Origin: Takakia lepidozioides
Taxonomy: Eukaryota > Plantae > Bryophyta
DNA length: 64,000 bases
Reading direction: 5' to 3'
Assembly: GCA_030704615.1 (NCBI GenBank)
Contig: CM060732.1
Span: 50,282,001 to 50,346,000, forward strand
Shown: piece after piece, positions 1-11,859 of the stretch
How the letters are laid out: the number at the start of each line of letters is the position of its first letter
Numbering within the stretch: position 1 is the stretch's first letter
Notes under the pieces: generated by a model
Told to the model about the DNA's origin: nothing
The model's input: only the letters and a program-made list of their open reading frames with translations
Databases searched by the model: none
Translations under genes and position numbers: made by a program

Positions 1-499
1 GGAGGCAGAAGGTGGTGGGGCAGAAAGAGGCATGCTATGGACAATCAGCAAGGAGGAAGGTGTGCTAGGTTTGTCACATTTTTGGATCCATATATGTGCA
101 GTGGGTAGTTGGGGTACTTGGGCTACCGTTGAGAGATTAGATTCTTTGAAACTCTCCACTTTTTTGTTGATCTGGAGGCACTGGACAGACTTGAAACACG
201 GAACCATTGTCCATTGTCTTTCTATTATATTTTCCATCAATTGTCAAATCTTTATTTACCCAATTGCTCACGACACCATGTATTTGTGCAAAATAATATA
301 TTCTCAATATAAATGGTATTATATTTGAATATATATAAATATACTAATTCAGTAAACATACAATACAAATTAAACCTCTTTGAAAAAAATAAAAATAAAA
401 AATAAATCTAAAATAAAAATAAACAGAAAACAAATGCACTATAAAGGTAAATATTACAAATTCCATCCAGTTAGAATACTACATAACTCAAACCAATGA

Positions 500-1079
500 G
501 GCCATGCTCATGACGCAAATACCTTTCACATTTCAAATTCAAACCATACACTATGCGCCACGTAGCCACTCAATGGGACTTGAGTCAGATACATGACCAC
601 CTAAAGTTAAGTAAATGGTCATTCTCATGACCAAAAAGGTCATGCTCATGACCAGGTTAGTTTCCCCATTCCTACCAGAAACCATACAGAGCGCGCCACG
701 TGTCCGGGCACGAATGCATCTACAGTCAGATCCATGACTCTCGAAAAAGTTGCTAGATTTCAACATGTGGTACGTTGTGGCATGCGTGCGAGCTAGCGTC
801 GTCCCTACACCTGTCATCATCTCAAATTGACACATCGCAGTTCAGGGAGAATCGTGTGTTGTTAGGAAACGGTCACGGACGTGACGAAAAATAGGGTCAT
901 GTATCTTATTCACTAGGGGATGTCACCTAGAGTCATATTCACGACGCGGATATTAGAGTCATCGTAACGACACGGTCTGCATGACTCTTTTCAAAAGAGT
1001 AAAAAAAGAGTCAAAATGACCAAAAGAGTCATGAAAACAGTAAAAAAAAGTGTCATGAAACCCGTTTTTTGTACTAGTG
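500..1079. mobile_element. Right end of a CACTA-like element (subterminal CATGAC/GTCATG repeats, terminal TAGTG)
   Basis: Ends ...cgttttttgtactagtg at 1079; its reverse complement CACTAGTACAAAAAACG is a typical CACTA TIR start. Many catgac/gtcatg motifs lie upstream. Left end not identified. Confidence 0.5.
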
Positions 1080-1086
1080 GGTGCAG

Positions 1087-1700
1087 CTGAGCAGAGATTG
1101 AAACACGGCCTGCTAAGACCAAGCTCTCTCCCAAGAACCTTGTAAACATAAGGAAGAATACCAAATCATGGTACTAACAGGAGCCAACAGCCCACATTTA
1201 CATGATGGACAAACTTCTTCACATCGTACATTAAGAAAAAACCACACCTTGCGATTGCGGTTGTCGCACCATCGTGAAGGATCTTTACAAAATTCATGTC
1301 TGCTCTGCTCCGTGCTGCAAATTTAGGGCCGAGTCTGATGAGCGGGCAAAACAGGCTGAAAGACGTCGAAGAAGGTGCCCTCACCACATTGTCCTCGACC
1401 TTGTGTCATGACCCATCGAGGATTTGACTGACCACCTTTTGTGTGTGTTGCTTGTGTCTGTAGTCAGGTAATGTTGGATTGGTCTGCGAGAGGATTGGTC
1501 TGCGAGAACCACCACGATGCAACTGAGCGGGCGGAGATTGAAACACGACCTGCTAAGAGCAAGCCGACTCTCCCAAGAAAGTTGTAAACGTCAGGAAGAA
1601 TACCAAATCATGGTACTAAGAGCCCATATTTGCAGGATGGACAAACATCTTCACATCGTACATTAAGAAAAGCCACACCTTGCAATTGCGGTTGTCCACC
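1087..1700. repeat. Diverged direct duplication of ~180 bp (1087-1271 and 1524-1700)
   Basis: Both copies read gagattgaaacacg.cctgctaaga...aggaagaataccaaatcatggtactaa...ttcacatcgtacattaagaaa.ccacaccttgc.attgcggttgtc. Confidence 0.8.
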
Positions 1701-1884
1701 CAAGCTATTGCATATCCTGCAGATCCTCCCATGCAAACACAACAAAACGATCAAGTCCCATAACTTACTCATCGCTGAACGCAATCCCGCAACACTAAAT
1801 CCATTTTGAAATATTTGGATGAATGCATCGTAGGTGGATGGATTTTGGGTTTTCCATCAATCTATCCATCCATCCATTTAATTT

Positions 1885-2130
1885 TCCGTTCATCCAATAG
1901 TTGCCAGCAAGGCGTTTGCTTTATCGTTCATTCATACGTTCATCCAGTGCACACAAATTATATTTCATACGTTCATCCAACAACTGCCAATAAGGCGTTT
2001 GTTTATCATTCGTTCAGATAATTCAGTTGTTCTGTTTCACTAACCTTTCATACGTTCATCCAATAGCTGCCAGCAAGGCGTTTGTTTATCATTCGTTCAG
2101 ATAATTCAGTTGTTTTGTTTCACTAACCTT
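1885..2130. repeat. Tandem ~80 bp repeat, 2-3 copies
   Basis: Recurring cgttcatccaa..gctgcca..aaggcgtttgtttatcattcgttcagataattcagttg. Confidence 0.7.
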
Positions 2131-3284
2131 AACCAGCACACGATTAGTTTACTATTAATGTGTTGGGTCAGTGAAAAAATAATTAAATGTTTTACTTCTT
2201 ATTATCCACGTATATATTGCTATATAGAGTTTATATATTGTGATTACACATGCCATTGCTTAACTGGTTGTCTCAGTCAGCTCATTTTAGGTAGTCAAAA
2301 TCTCTCACTACAGTCAAAATTTTCGCGGTTGTCTAGCATCTCGAATATTTTAATATAAATTTTGACTGCAAAATGGTTGGAACAGTCGAAAGTGACAACA
2401 GTCAACGTCAGCGTCAAACTAAATCGTCGAAATTACATAGGGTATGTTGTAGTGCACCTATTTCCGCGGAACTGTAGTCGACTACCACGCCCCAGATTTG
2501 CCAACTTTATTTTCCGAGAAGTCTCATCTCTCATCCAAATCTTGGTTGGATGAGAAATCACGGGTGGATTGTGGATGGCTTTTGTCCACGGGCACATGAT
2601 ATTTTAGAGAGTACCATGTCCTGTTGTGTAATGAACACGAAGGAGAATGAGTTTGTTCTAACGAAGTTCCTTCCCCCCAATTCACATCCACTTTTCATTG
2701 ATAGACGTTCTCCAGACAAACACCAGGAAATCCCTAAAGCGTCTTTGCGATTTATAAAAAAAACATGGTACAGAACAGGTTGGCAAGACCTGCAATGCAA
2801 GACACGAAACGGAGAACAACAGGACCAACAATCATACAAAATGCAAAAAACTGTCCTAAAAAAACCTTGTGTTAACACGAGATTGATTTCTGATAATGTT
2901 CATTTGAATGGGACTTGATGTGTTCGCAAATGAATAAATGAGTTTGAGGAACGAATGCAACAAATGGTAGACGCACGCACAACACGATTGATGACGTGAC
3001 ATACACCGACAGACATACAACTTCTATTTTTTTTTTTGTTTTTTTTTTGTTTTTTTCTCTCCTTGGGGAGTGATGCAAATCAACCTTGCGTTGACACAAC
3101 CTTGATTTGAGAAATGAAAACATCTTATTTTGAAGTTTTTTTTTTTTTTCCTCCCTGGGGGTGTGATGCAAATCAACTTTGTGTTGACGCAACCTTGATT
3201 TGAGAAATGAAAGCATTTTTGATCTCTGCGGACGCCCTAAACCCTTACCCATCTCACCTTCAGATGGTGAAATCCCACACTTAT

Positions 3285-3444
3285 TGGCTCCACGGTTATA
3301 GGCCCACCATCTTTGTGGTGATGTAATACGACCTTGGGTGGGCTCACGCCACATCAGCACCAGAGCCACGTCAGCGCTGTGAGCCGCCACATCACCATTG
3401 TGTGAGCGTATGCTCACACGCCACGCTCACGCCGTAGCGTCGTT
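3285..3444 (+). mobile_element. Right terminus of a Mutator-like family copy (left end not found)
   Basis: ccacggttatagg...gctcacgccac.tcagc...gctcacgccgtagcgtcgtt matches the right ends at 25654 and 53031. Confidence 0.75.
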
Positions 3445-3447
3445 GCA

Positions 3448-3675
3448 AACATACAAAGACTTTGAGGAGTTTATATACCATCATCTCTTTCCCTTTTACA
3501 GCAAATCCCTCTGGCTGGTCCATGCATATTTCCTCCATAAGATCTCCATTTGAGAAAGGTTGTACATACATCCATCTGATGTACGTCAAGATTTTCAATG
3601 GCATCAAATGCAAGAATCACTCGAATTGATTCCATCCTTGCAAGAGGGAAGAAGGTTTTATTGTAATCCATACCT
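3448..3675 (-). mobile_element. Ty1/copia reverse transcriptase fragment (frameshifted)
   Basis: GMDYNKTFFPLARMESIRVILA...VHQMDV..TFL / NGDLMEEICMDQPEGF matches the copia RT motifs GIDYxETFAPV and QMDVKTAFLNGDLxEEVYMxQPEGF. Confidence 0.9.
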
Positions 3676-4066
3676 TCGAGTGTGGTATGTTCTTCATCCC
3701 GTTCCCTTGGGCGGTGTCCCATATGAAAGTCTTCACATCAAGGTTACTACGAAAAATGTTATTTTCTTCTTTCATTATAATTAAAGGCCTGATTTTTGAG
3801 CTGTCGCTCCCAGGTGTTTTCTCTCTAAAAATAACAAATTTTTGATAAAATAAAAATACAATAAACATAGTTATTCGTATATAGCTATTTTATATCTATT
3901 ATTATTATTTTCACTTATATACATTGTTTTGAAAATGAGAAAGATTGATTAAAATGGCCTTTATCCCTTTTGCCTGAAAACATGAAAAATAAAATGGCGG
4001 TTTAAAAATTAGCTTAGAATGCATACACAATATAACATGAATATAGTGAAGGTTTCTTTTTATTAT

Positions 4067-5409
4067 CAGCTTGACTGTAGCCGCAAAGAAATAAACGCGC
4101 TGCATTTGGAGTCACGACCTTCATTCCTCTCAACACCTCGGCGTGCTCAGCCCTCACTTGACTCTGCAACCGGGCAACCAGGCATACACCACCGCTGCTT
4201 TGCCTTCCGCCACCAAAGGAGTGCGGTCTAGGTTGAGTGTTTGTAGCCACAGATTGACTCCCAACAAATCCATGATTGTTGCAAACACCGTCTGCCCAGC
4301 AACACCCGTACAACGTTGTAGATCAAGTGATGTCAAACAAGTGTTGGTGGTAAGTGACTTGAGCAACACCACAATATCTTCTTGGGACATCCCATCATTA
4401 CCGGACAGATTCAGATGAGTCAATGTGGAATTGCATTTCAACATGTTGGCCAATGCAGCGGTTGCTTACTCCCAATTTCCCTTGTCATGCCCCCAATTTC
4501 TGTCATACATGCTCTGACAGTAGCTAACGTCAAGACGTGTTAGTGAAGCGTTGTGAAGGAGATGTGTCGCTAGCGCCTCCACACCATATGCACCTATTGG
4601 GTTTCCAGAGAGGTCGAGCTCTTGTAGAGTGTTGTTGGTGGCCAGAGCCCGCCCAAGTTCAGTATCGCCCTCCGAAGTCATCCCCCAACTACTAAGGCGT
4701 AGCGACAGCAATGAAGAATTGCTGAACAACATCGCTGCCACATGCTTGGCTCTCTCGTCACGCGGCACTTTGAGCCTCACTAGCTCACCGTAAACATCAA
4801 TGTTAGCTTCTGCAGCGCACGGTTGGAGGCCGAGGCATGTGTAGCAGCAAGCGGAGCCACCAACACTCGCACTCGCTCAGCATCCAAATTCTGCACATTT
4901 ATCAGACGGAGAGAGTGCAGGCTACCATTTTGACGCAACGCGTCGGCCATCAGCGCCGATTCATTCATGTTCAGGGTCACACCATCCAATTTAAGTTCCG
5001 TTAGAGAAGTGTTTACGCAAAGCATTTCTGCGACATCTTCTATGACATGGCTCCGCACCTGCATCCCTGCGTAGATCTCCAAACGTTCTAAAGTTTGGGT
5101 GGCGTGCATGCCTCTGCAGAACTCCTGCACCTCCGCTTTTACGGAATCTGCCTCTTCTGCCCTCGTTGCAAAAAAATCTAACCACATGGCGGAAACCACA
5201 TAGGAGGAAGTAAGTGCACGGAGAACATCCAACCGAGTGTGGTGGGCGCGGCTCGCATCTTTCTCCGAAGGAAATTTGTACACAACACTATCTTTGTTAG
5301 CGAAACGTATCTCAACCTCAGATTCCCGCAAAACTACAAGATTTGGAGAGCGAGATGAGATTGCTGAAAGAAGATCTCCTAGCTCCTGGAAAACGTTATC
5401 GCTCGCCAT
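4067..5409 (-). pseudogene. TORNADO1-like LRR-Roc gene, copy 1: LRR exon only, frameshifted, splice donor lost
   Basis: RNI-like LRRs (LATNNTLQELDLSGNPIG, LKCNSTLTHLNLSGN) end at the half P-loop RLFLCGYSQA. There are about three frameshifts. The donor reads AT at 4066-4065 where copy 2 has GT. The Roc exon is absent; homology stops at ~3678. Confidence 0.8.
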
Positions 5410-5640
5410 TACAACCGGAAGAAATGGGACCCTGAGCAAGAAGGCAGAGCAAGAAGGCTTTCGAGAGCGAGTCTCCAGCGTCATTACAAAGGAAGATCTG
5501 ACAAGGGGTGAGGACACATGCAGCTTCACAACTGAGCATTAAACTTAATGAGCCTTGTCTTTTGGATATATTCGAATTCCACTCTAGGCAGTCAAACCAG
5601 GAAACCTCAAAAATCTAAAAGCTTTCCTATGTGATATTTG

Positions 5641-5729
5641 TGATAGGGCCCACCCTCGAAAAGGGGCAGTAGCCGCAAGGCGAAGTGGCTCTTAGTTACC
5701 CCGGCTTTGGCCGGAGTCTTCTCTCTCTC
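5641..5729 (+). mobile_element. ~90 bp LINE-derived insertion with 11-12 bp TSD
   Basis: Flanked by tgtgatatttg at 5630-5640 and 5730-5740. The paralogous site at ~14841 has one copy. The insert matches the reverse complement of 18785-18870 (LINE 3' region). Confidence 0.8.
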
Positions 5730-5740
5730 TGTGATATTTG

Positions 5741-5990
5741 TCAACCTAATAAAGCATCCTTGCCTGCAATGCTGAAATCACAACCACTTGGACCCACCAG
5801 GTACCGACAATGGTGTGGGCGATCAACCTAATAAAGCATCCTTGCCTGCAACGCTGAAATCACAACCACTTGGACCCACCAGGTACCGACAATGGTGTGG
5901 GCGATCAACCTAATAAAGCATCATTGTCTGCAACGCTGAAATCACAACCACTTGGACCCACCAGGTACCGACAAATGGTGTGGGCGATCA
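5741..5990. repeat. Tandem repeat, 3 x 82 bp
   Basis: Units start at 5741, 5823 and 5905 (tcaacctaataaagcatc...ggtgtgggcga). The paralogous region at ~14852-14935 has a single unit. Confidence 0.9.
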
Positions 5991-6135
5991 ATTCATGTTC
6001 AGTAGTCCTGATTAGTTATGTACATAGGAAGCTGCTCTGGTTCATGTCACAAACTTAAATGCGCTGAATCGAACAAGCAGATATGCGGCCTATTCTGAGT
6101 TGTGCAGCTTATGGTCTGTGACCAACCTCGTTTAA

Positions 6136-6427
6136 CCCCTAAGCGACGAGACCTGTTCTTGGATTTTGGGACAAAACCGGGACCCACCCTCACACGTTAG
6201 CCTATAGCTGCCTACCCTCGTTCATCCACGTGGATGAACCGTACAAAGTCATACCTACCTACTAGATGCACAAGCACCCCAAATTTGGGAAGATTCCACC
6301 GTTTTGTTTGGGATATGATAACAATTGAAAATAGTACATTTTTTGGAAAATAAAATAAAATAAAATAAAATATTATTTATTTAGTTTATTTAATTTAATA
6401 ATAATAATAATTAAAAATAATTTATTT

Positions 6428-6470
<43 letters not shown>

Positions 6471-6750
6471 CAAAACCCAAAACCCAAAACCCAAAACCAA
6501 AACCAAAACTTCATGTTTGACCAAGCAAAAAATCATTGATGCAACTAAGAATGGAGGTTGGAGCACGCACATGAAACAAAGAGGGAGAGCCTAAGTAAGC
6601 TGAGAGGTTTAAGGCTTGAAACACAAAGAATGGCAGCTGGCAGTCATGGATGAAATTTCCAAATTTCTCCAAATAAAAATAAATTATGGATGCATTTGCC
6701 AAATATGGATGATATATATGGATTATGGTACAGAAGTGGATGATTTCAAC
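6136..6750 (-). mobile_element. piggyBac-like element 3' end inserted at TTAA
   Basis: TTAA (6132-6135) is followed by cccctaagcgacgagacctgtt. The paralogous site 15073-15076 has an empty TTAA. The region is homologous, inverted, to 26330-26804. Confidence 0.7.
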
Positions 6751-7239
6751 GAATGAACAAAATGTACTGCTATTTTCTGCAAAACTCTGTAGCCACTCGT
6801 GATGTTTTCCAAATTTCCTAAGAAAAACACTGCTGGCAGTGCTCAGTGAGGCTCCCCTAGGTGGACTTACTAGTAAGATTAACAAAAACTACTAACAATT
6901 TGTACCTTTTTTTAGCCTCTCCTAGCCTCTAGGTGGACTTACTAATAAAATTGCTAATAACTATCAGTAATCTCTGCAGATTTTCTATTCATTTGTAGCT
7001 TTCAGGCTTTGTGAGCCTCTCCTAGGTGGACTTAGTAATCAAATTACCCCTAATTATCAGAAATTTCTGCCTTTCTTTTGACAGGCTATTTTGTTTTTTC
7101 GACTTTCACTGTGACATGCATTTTTTTCTCATTGTTTTTCTTTTGACAGGCTCATTTTTTTTTGGCCTTTTTTTGCCTGTCAAATGCCTTGTGACAGGAA
7201 GATGGCTCAGCCATCCACTCAATGCTCACTCAATGCCTA

Positions 7240-7590
7240 TGCAATGACCTGCCCCCACAGCATGGTGAGCAGGCATTTAAACTATTTGGCCAAATGCAGC
7301 GAGCAGGCTTGAAACCAAACAAGATCACTTTTCTTAGCGTCCTCAATGCATGTACCATCCCAGCAGCTCTGGAGCAGGGCAAGCAAATTCATGCGGCAAT
7401 AATAAAGGCTAGATTTGCATTAGATCCGTTTGTGGGGACTGCCCTTGTCGCCATGTATTGCAAGTGTGGGAGTGTGTTGTATGCTCGCAGAGTGTTCTTC
7501 AAAATGCCTGAATGGAATATTGTCTCTTGCACTGCAATGATCAAAGGGTCTACTCAGAATGGTCAAGGGGATGCGGCCTTTGAACTCTTC
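7240..7590 (+). pseudogene. PLS-class pentatricopeptide repeat (PPR) protein fragment
   Basis: EQAFKLFGQMQRAGLKPNKITFLSVLNAC...GKQIHAAI...VGTALVAMYCKCGS...ARRVF...IVSCTAMI is a typical P-L-S triplet. Only about three motifs are present and there is no E/DYW domain. Confidence 0.85.
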
Positions 7591-7688
7591 ATTGGTTTTG
7601 TCATGAAATCATGGGAAATCTTATCACAAGTTCAAGGATCTTTGATCCGCATGCCAAGCTTCAATTTGTGAGCAATGATGGTTGTGTG

Positions 7689-8229
7689 TGTCGTGCGCAT
7701 ACATATCGCTACACAACTACATCGCTGTCCAAAACCACACAACACATGTGCACACCACACACTAGTATACCACTAGTCCACCACTAGTCCAACCACTAGG
7801 CTACAACTAGTTAGTCACTAGGCTGCCACTATGCTGCCCACTATGGCAGTCACTAGTCCACACAATGATAAAGAAGAAGAATACAAGCACGAGCTCACAA
7901 ATCTGAAGCATAAACTCATGCATATATAACCTCATCACTCAAATACAAGTCAAGCCAAGTGCACCCCATGCCATGGGGAATCCACACTACGGCGCCATAG
8001 CTAGGCGCGGTGAGGCTCAACTCGAGAAAGATGAGCCTTCCGCGCTTGCCGTGAAGATAACCACTCCAGGGCCTAAATCTGCCTTGACCCCTGGATTGAC
8101 ACTTGGGCCAATCCCAAATGTCAATATGTAAAAGCTAGCTATTTCCTAGCTAGTTTTACACTAGTGGTAAAATAACTTGACAGCTGTCGTGCGCATACAT
8201 ATCGCTACACAACTACGTCGTTGTCCAAA
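7689..8229 (-). mobile_element. Isolated 3' terminus (LTR plus partial duplicated unit) of the DNMT-Gypsy family
   Basis: Nearly identical to 26805-27357. TGTC...GACA block 7689-8182, then gc, then a truncated second A unit at 8185-8229. Confidence 0.9.
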
Positions 8230-9049
8230 CACTTTTGAGACCGGATGATGTATGGAATGGCGAGATGAGCCTTTAGTGAATAAATGTTTTTTTCTACTTA
8301 TGAGTGAACTCTTTTTTTCCTCCTGAATGGAATTATTTTATCTGTCAGCGATGAGAGTGTGTAGTGGTGAACCTCCACTGGACAGTGGAGGTTAATATTT
8401 TGGGAGTTTTGATTGGTGTTATCGATATCAGTTTGACGCCCGAGGTGGTTTGTTCTGTCGACAGCAACACTACCCCCCGGGATTGTGCTATTGGAATGTG
8501 CAAAACTACATGTGGTTCATTTGTTTCTCGAAAATCTCCGAATTTCAAAAATGATCACCTGGCAGTTTTTGAGCTCAACCCAGAAGTCACAGAATGAAGC
8601 ATCGTCCCCGTTGGAACACCTCCGGACCATAAGTTCCGGTTCCACTACAAGCTTGGTGCAGAGGTCGCCGAGCTCAAATATGTAGATGTGGTCGACGTAG
8701 AGCTGGAGATGGAGGTTGAATTTCCTATGCTGGTTATTTTCATTCTGGAGAATGGTAGATTCCCCAGAACGTTTGGCTTCAAACTGGATGTACGACTTCT
8801 AAGGAAGGCCATGATGAGAGAGTCCATTCGGGCGGGGTTCACATATTGCGACGAGGGTACATAATTTACAGATGAAGGTTTTTGCATGGCTTGGGGTATT
8901 TTCTTGGATGTGCTTTTCTTACACGGTAAGGAGAATGCAAAGACGCGGGAGGAGGAGGCAGCGAGAGCTCGGCCAAAGAAGGGAAAACGGAAATCCTCTG
9001 ACCCCGGAGGTGATGTGAATGAAGCAGGACATGGATCCCGCAAATAACA

Positions 9050-11060
9050 AGAAACCCAAGGCTGCAGACATTTTTAACAAAGACAAGTGTGAGAAGATGC
9101 ATGAGAGGCTGGAGAAAGACTACAAGGACATGTTTCCTTTTGGGACGTCCAGGACGTCAAAGTTTCCATGATGGAGCTTGCTCCCAGGGATATGGTGTAC
9201 ATGCCCCTAAATGTTAAGCACAAAGACGAAGTCAAAGCGCGTCTGTACCAGCAGGTGTTCGACTCCAAGCATCCAGTTTATTTGATACCCGCCAACCCCA
9301 AGAATCCTGGGGAGGTTTCCACTTCGAGACCGAGGAACTGGAAAGAGGTGGAAAAATCAAGATTCTTCGTCATAGATGGACAACACACGATCATTGCAGC
9401 CAAGGTATATTTTTCTGTAACTTTCCATTTATTGAATCTACATAAACCTCCACTGGACAGTGGAGGTTCATGTACTTCATACATGAGGCTAGGTATGTCA
9501 CTCGAATTTCTGACCTTCTTCGATTGTGTCCCAAGAACTTGTGGAAGACCTGGATGACGATAATCTTAAGAAGTGTTACTCTGACTGGCCCTCGAAGATT
9601 ATTTGGTCAAAGGATCTGATGAGGCTTGTGAAGCTATCAAAGCTCATAAACGACCCCAAGAGTTTGACACAACATTCCCTGAGAAAGTTGGACACGCTTG
9701 AAATTTTTTCGAGCTGCGGGGGAGGCCAAAAAAGTACAACGATCATACAACGAAGAGTGAGACAAGACAATGGAAGCCTCAAGGTAAATGATTCACTGTA
9801 CTTTTTGTTTATTTTTGCTCGGAAACCAAAACATTTTCATGCTCACTTTTTCAAGTGTGGAACGGAACGGTTCATCATTCAAATATTCGACATGTTGAGA
9901 TCTTTTGTAAACATGTCTATTGCTTCGTAATGAGGTGCTTCTCCAGCTCATGTTTTTCCAATCTGTTTATGTTTTCCACCTGGAACAGTCACGCAAATGT
10001 ATCGAGAAAATACTTGAAAAACCATTTAACCATGAAAATTTATGCTGCGGAGGATGCTTGCAAAAGTTTTCATGGTCATTTGGTATTTCAAGGATTTTCT
10101 TGGAACATTTTCGAAACTGTTCCTGGAGGAGAACTTGAACAGATTGGAGAAATTAAACGTGGAGGAGCACCGCATTACGAAGCAGGAGACACTACAAAAA
10201 GAGCTTCATAAGGCAAGGCATGGAAGGAGAGAAATCAATTGGCAATCGAATCATTCAATGGACGATCGAATGCTTGACATGATCGAGTGGTTGATTGCTT
10301 GATGTTTGATTGCTTTCAAAAATTTCCACTATGTTGAACATACCGGTCGAATATGGAATGACATGTCTAATTTTCCCCCTTGCTCATATTCGCAGGAAAT
10401 TATGCAAGCATGTCAACTCATTCTGGAAATGAGTAGCCTCAAGGAGGCCATGGTCCTGGTTCTCTGTGACGAAGACGTCTGGAAGCTTTGGGAGGAGGTG
10501 TTCAAATAGTGGGAACTTGGGAAGCTTATTGATATTTTGGGATTCAGTGCAAGGGTGAACAGCTACCACTCAACAAAATCGCTATCGCGAAACTGCAAGG
10601 ACTAAATAGCAGGCAGTTGAGAAGAGTGGCGGAGAAAATCCTCAACTGGGACATTTGCATTCGGGGACAAAATTCAAGGGCACGGACAAATCCAAACAAA
10701 CAATGAGCACGTATATTGACCAAATAAAATTGCGAAGGTTTATTATCGACGATGTAATGGAAATCTTAGGGTGGCCTCAAAGGAGCAAACAGAACCCGGA
10801 ACCATACACCAAATTGGAGTGGCGTGATGTAAAGAAAAAATACAACTTCAACAAAGCCGAGTTTGAAACTTTTCGAGATCGGCTCGGAAACGACTACATT
10901 GTAAGCAAACAGAAGATTAACATGGAGACATAGCCCATGACTTATGCCTTCAAAAAGTACGTCTTGTCGTGCAAACAAACTTTCGAGGATAACCAGAATG
11001 CCCTGGCGATTCTATGTACGAGCTTCAAGTCCCATTACACATAGTTGAGGGGAAAACTAA
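9050..11060 (+). pseudogene. Degraded multi-exon gene with a ParB/DndB-like motif (FFVIDGQHT), probably transposon cargo
   Basis: Exon 9168-9403 ends FFVIDGQHTIIAAK|gtat. Further coding pieces at ~9535-9783, ~10395-11060 contain stops and frameshifts. Confidence 0.55.
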
Positions 11061-11859
11061 AATTTATTGATGCCAAATCTCGGTTGGGACTTGCTCCGAA
11101 GAAACGGTTTGACAACATATCGATGGTTGTCAATACAGTTTGTGATGATGACTCTGTTGTCTTCGAGGCGGTTACAGCGTAGGGGATTTGTTTTAGGGGG
11201 TATTTTGGACCCTCAAGTATTTCTTTCTTTGTTGACCCCTTTAAAAGGGAAAGGGGCTGATTAGGGTGATCTATTGGTGAGGAAATTGCATGCTTTGGAG
11301 AGAAGGAGGGCGCTAGGAAGGCCGATCAGATAAGCCCAGGGAGAGCCGAAGGAGACTTTAGAAGTGAGAGTTAGAAGGAAAAGTAGCTAGAGACAGGCGC
11401 GAACCAAAAGTACTTTGTCCATGTTTTACGGCTACAGTAACCCCACGTGTTAGAGCCAGGGGTAGAAGACGACGCTTTTCACGAGGGGAAAGCTGGTGGG
11501 TTATTTTAAATATAGGGGGCGTTGAAACTAGGCTTGGGCCCACCCCTGGAATGTATTAGGAAGGGCGACAGGCCCGTTTTGCCACTAACGAATGTGCAGC
11601 GGAGTCTGATCCGACGACTTCCGTTCATCCGCGGAATAGGCAGCACTTCCCGCGACGGAGGAACGGATCCCGGGCGTTCCCCGGGGTTCCATTGAGTTCC
11701 TAGGGGGTTCCCACAACCCATTGGGAGGTTTTTTCGTCTCTGGAGACTCCTCCTGCGCCTCTATTTGGGAGGTATTTTTTCTGGAATATTGTTTTTAAAA
11801 AAAATTAATTTTTGCTTTTTGGAAGAGGGAAATTCCTTAATTAGGATTGCCTTTTTTTT

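Noticed and set aside
6432-6509. Telomere-like (CCCAAAA)n after poly(A)
   Set aside because: Not the plant CCCTAAA repeat; a short A-rich microsatellite inside a transposon end.
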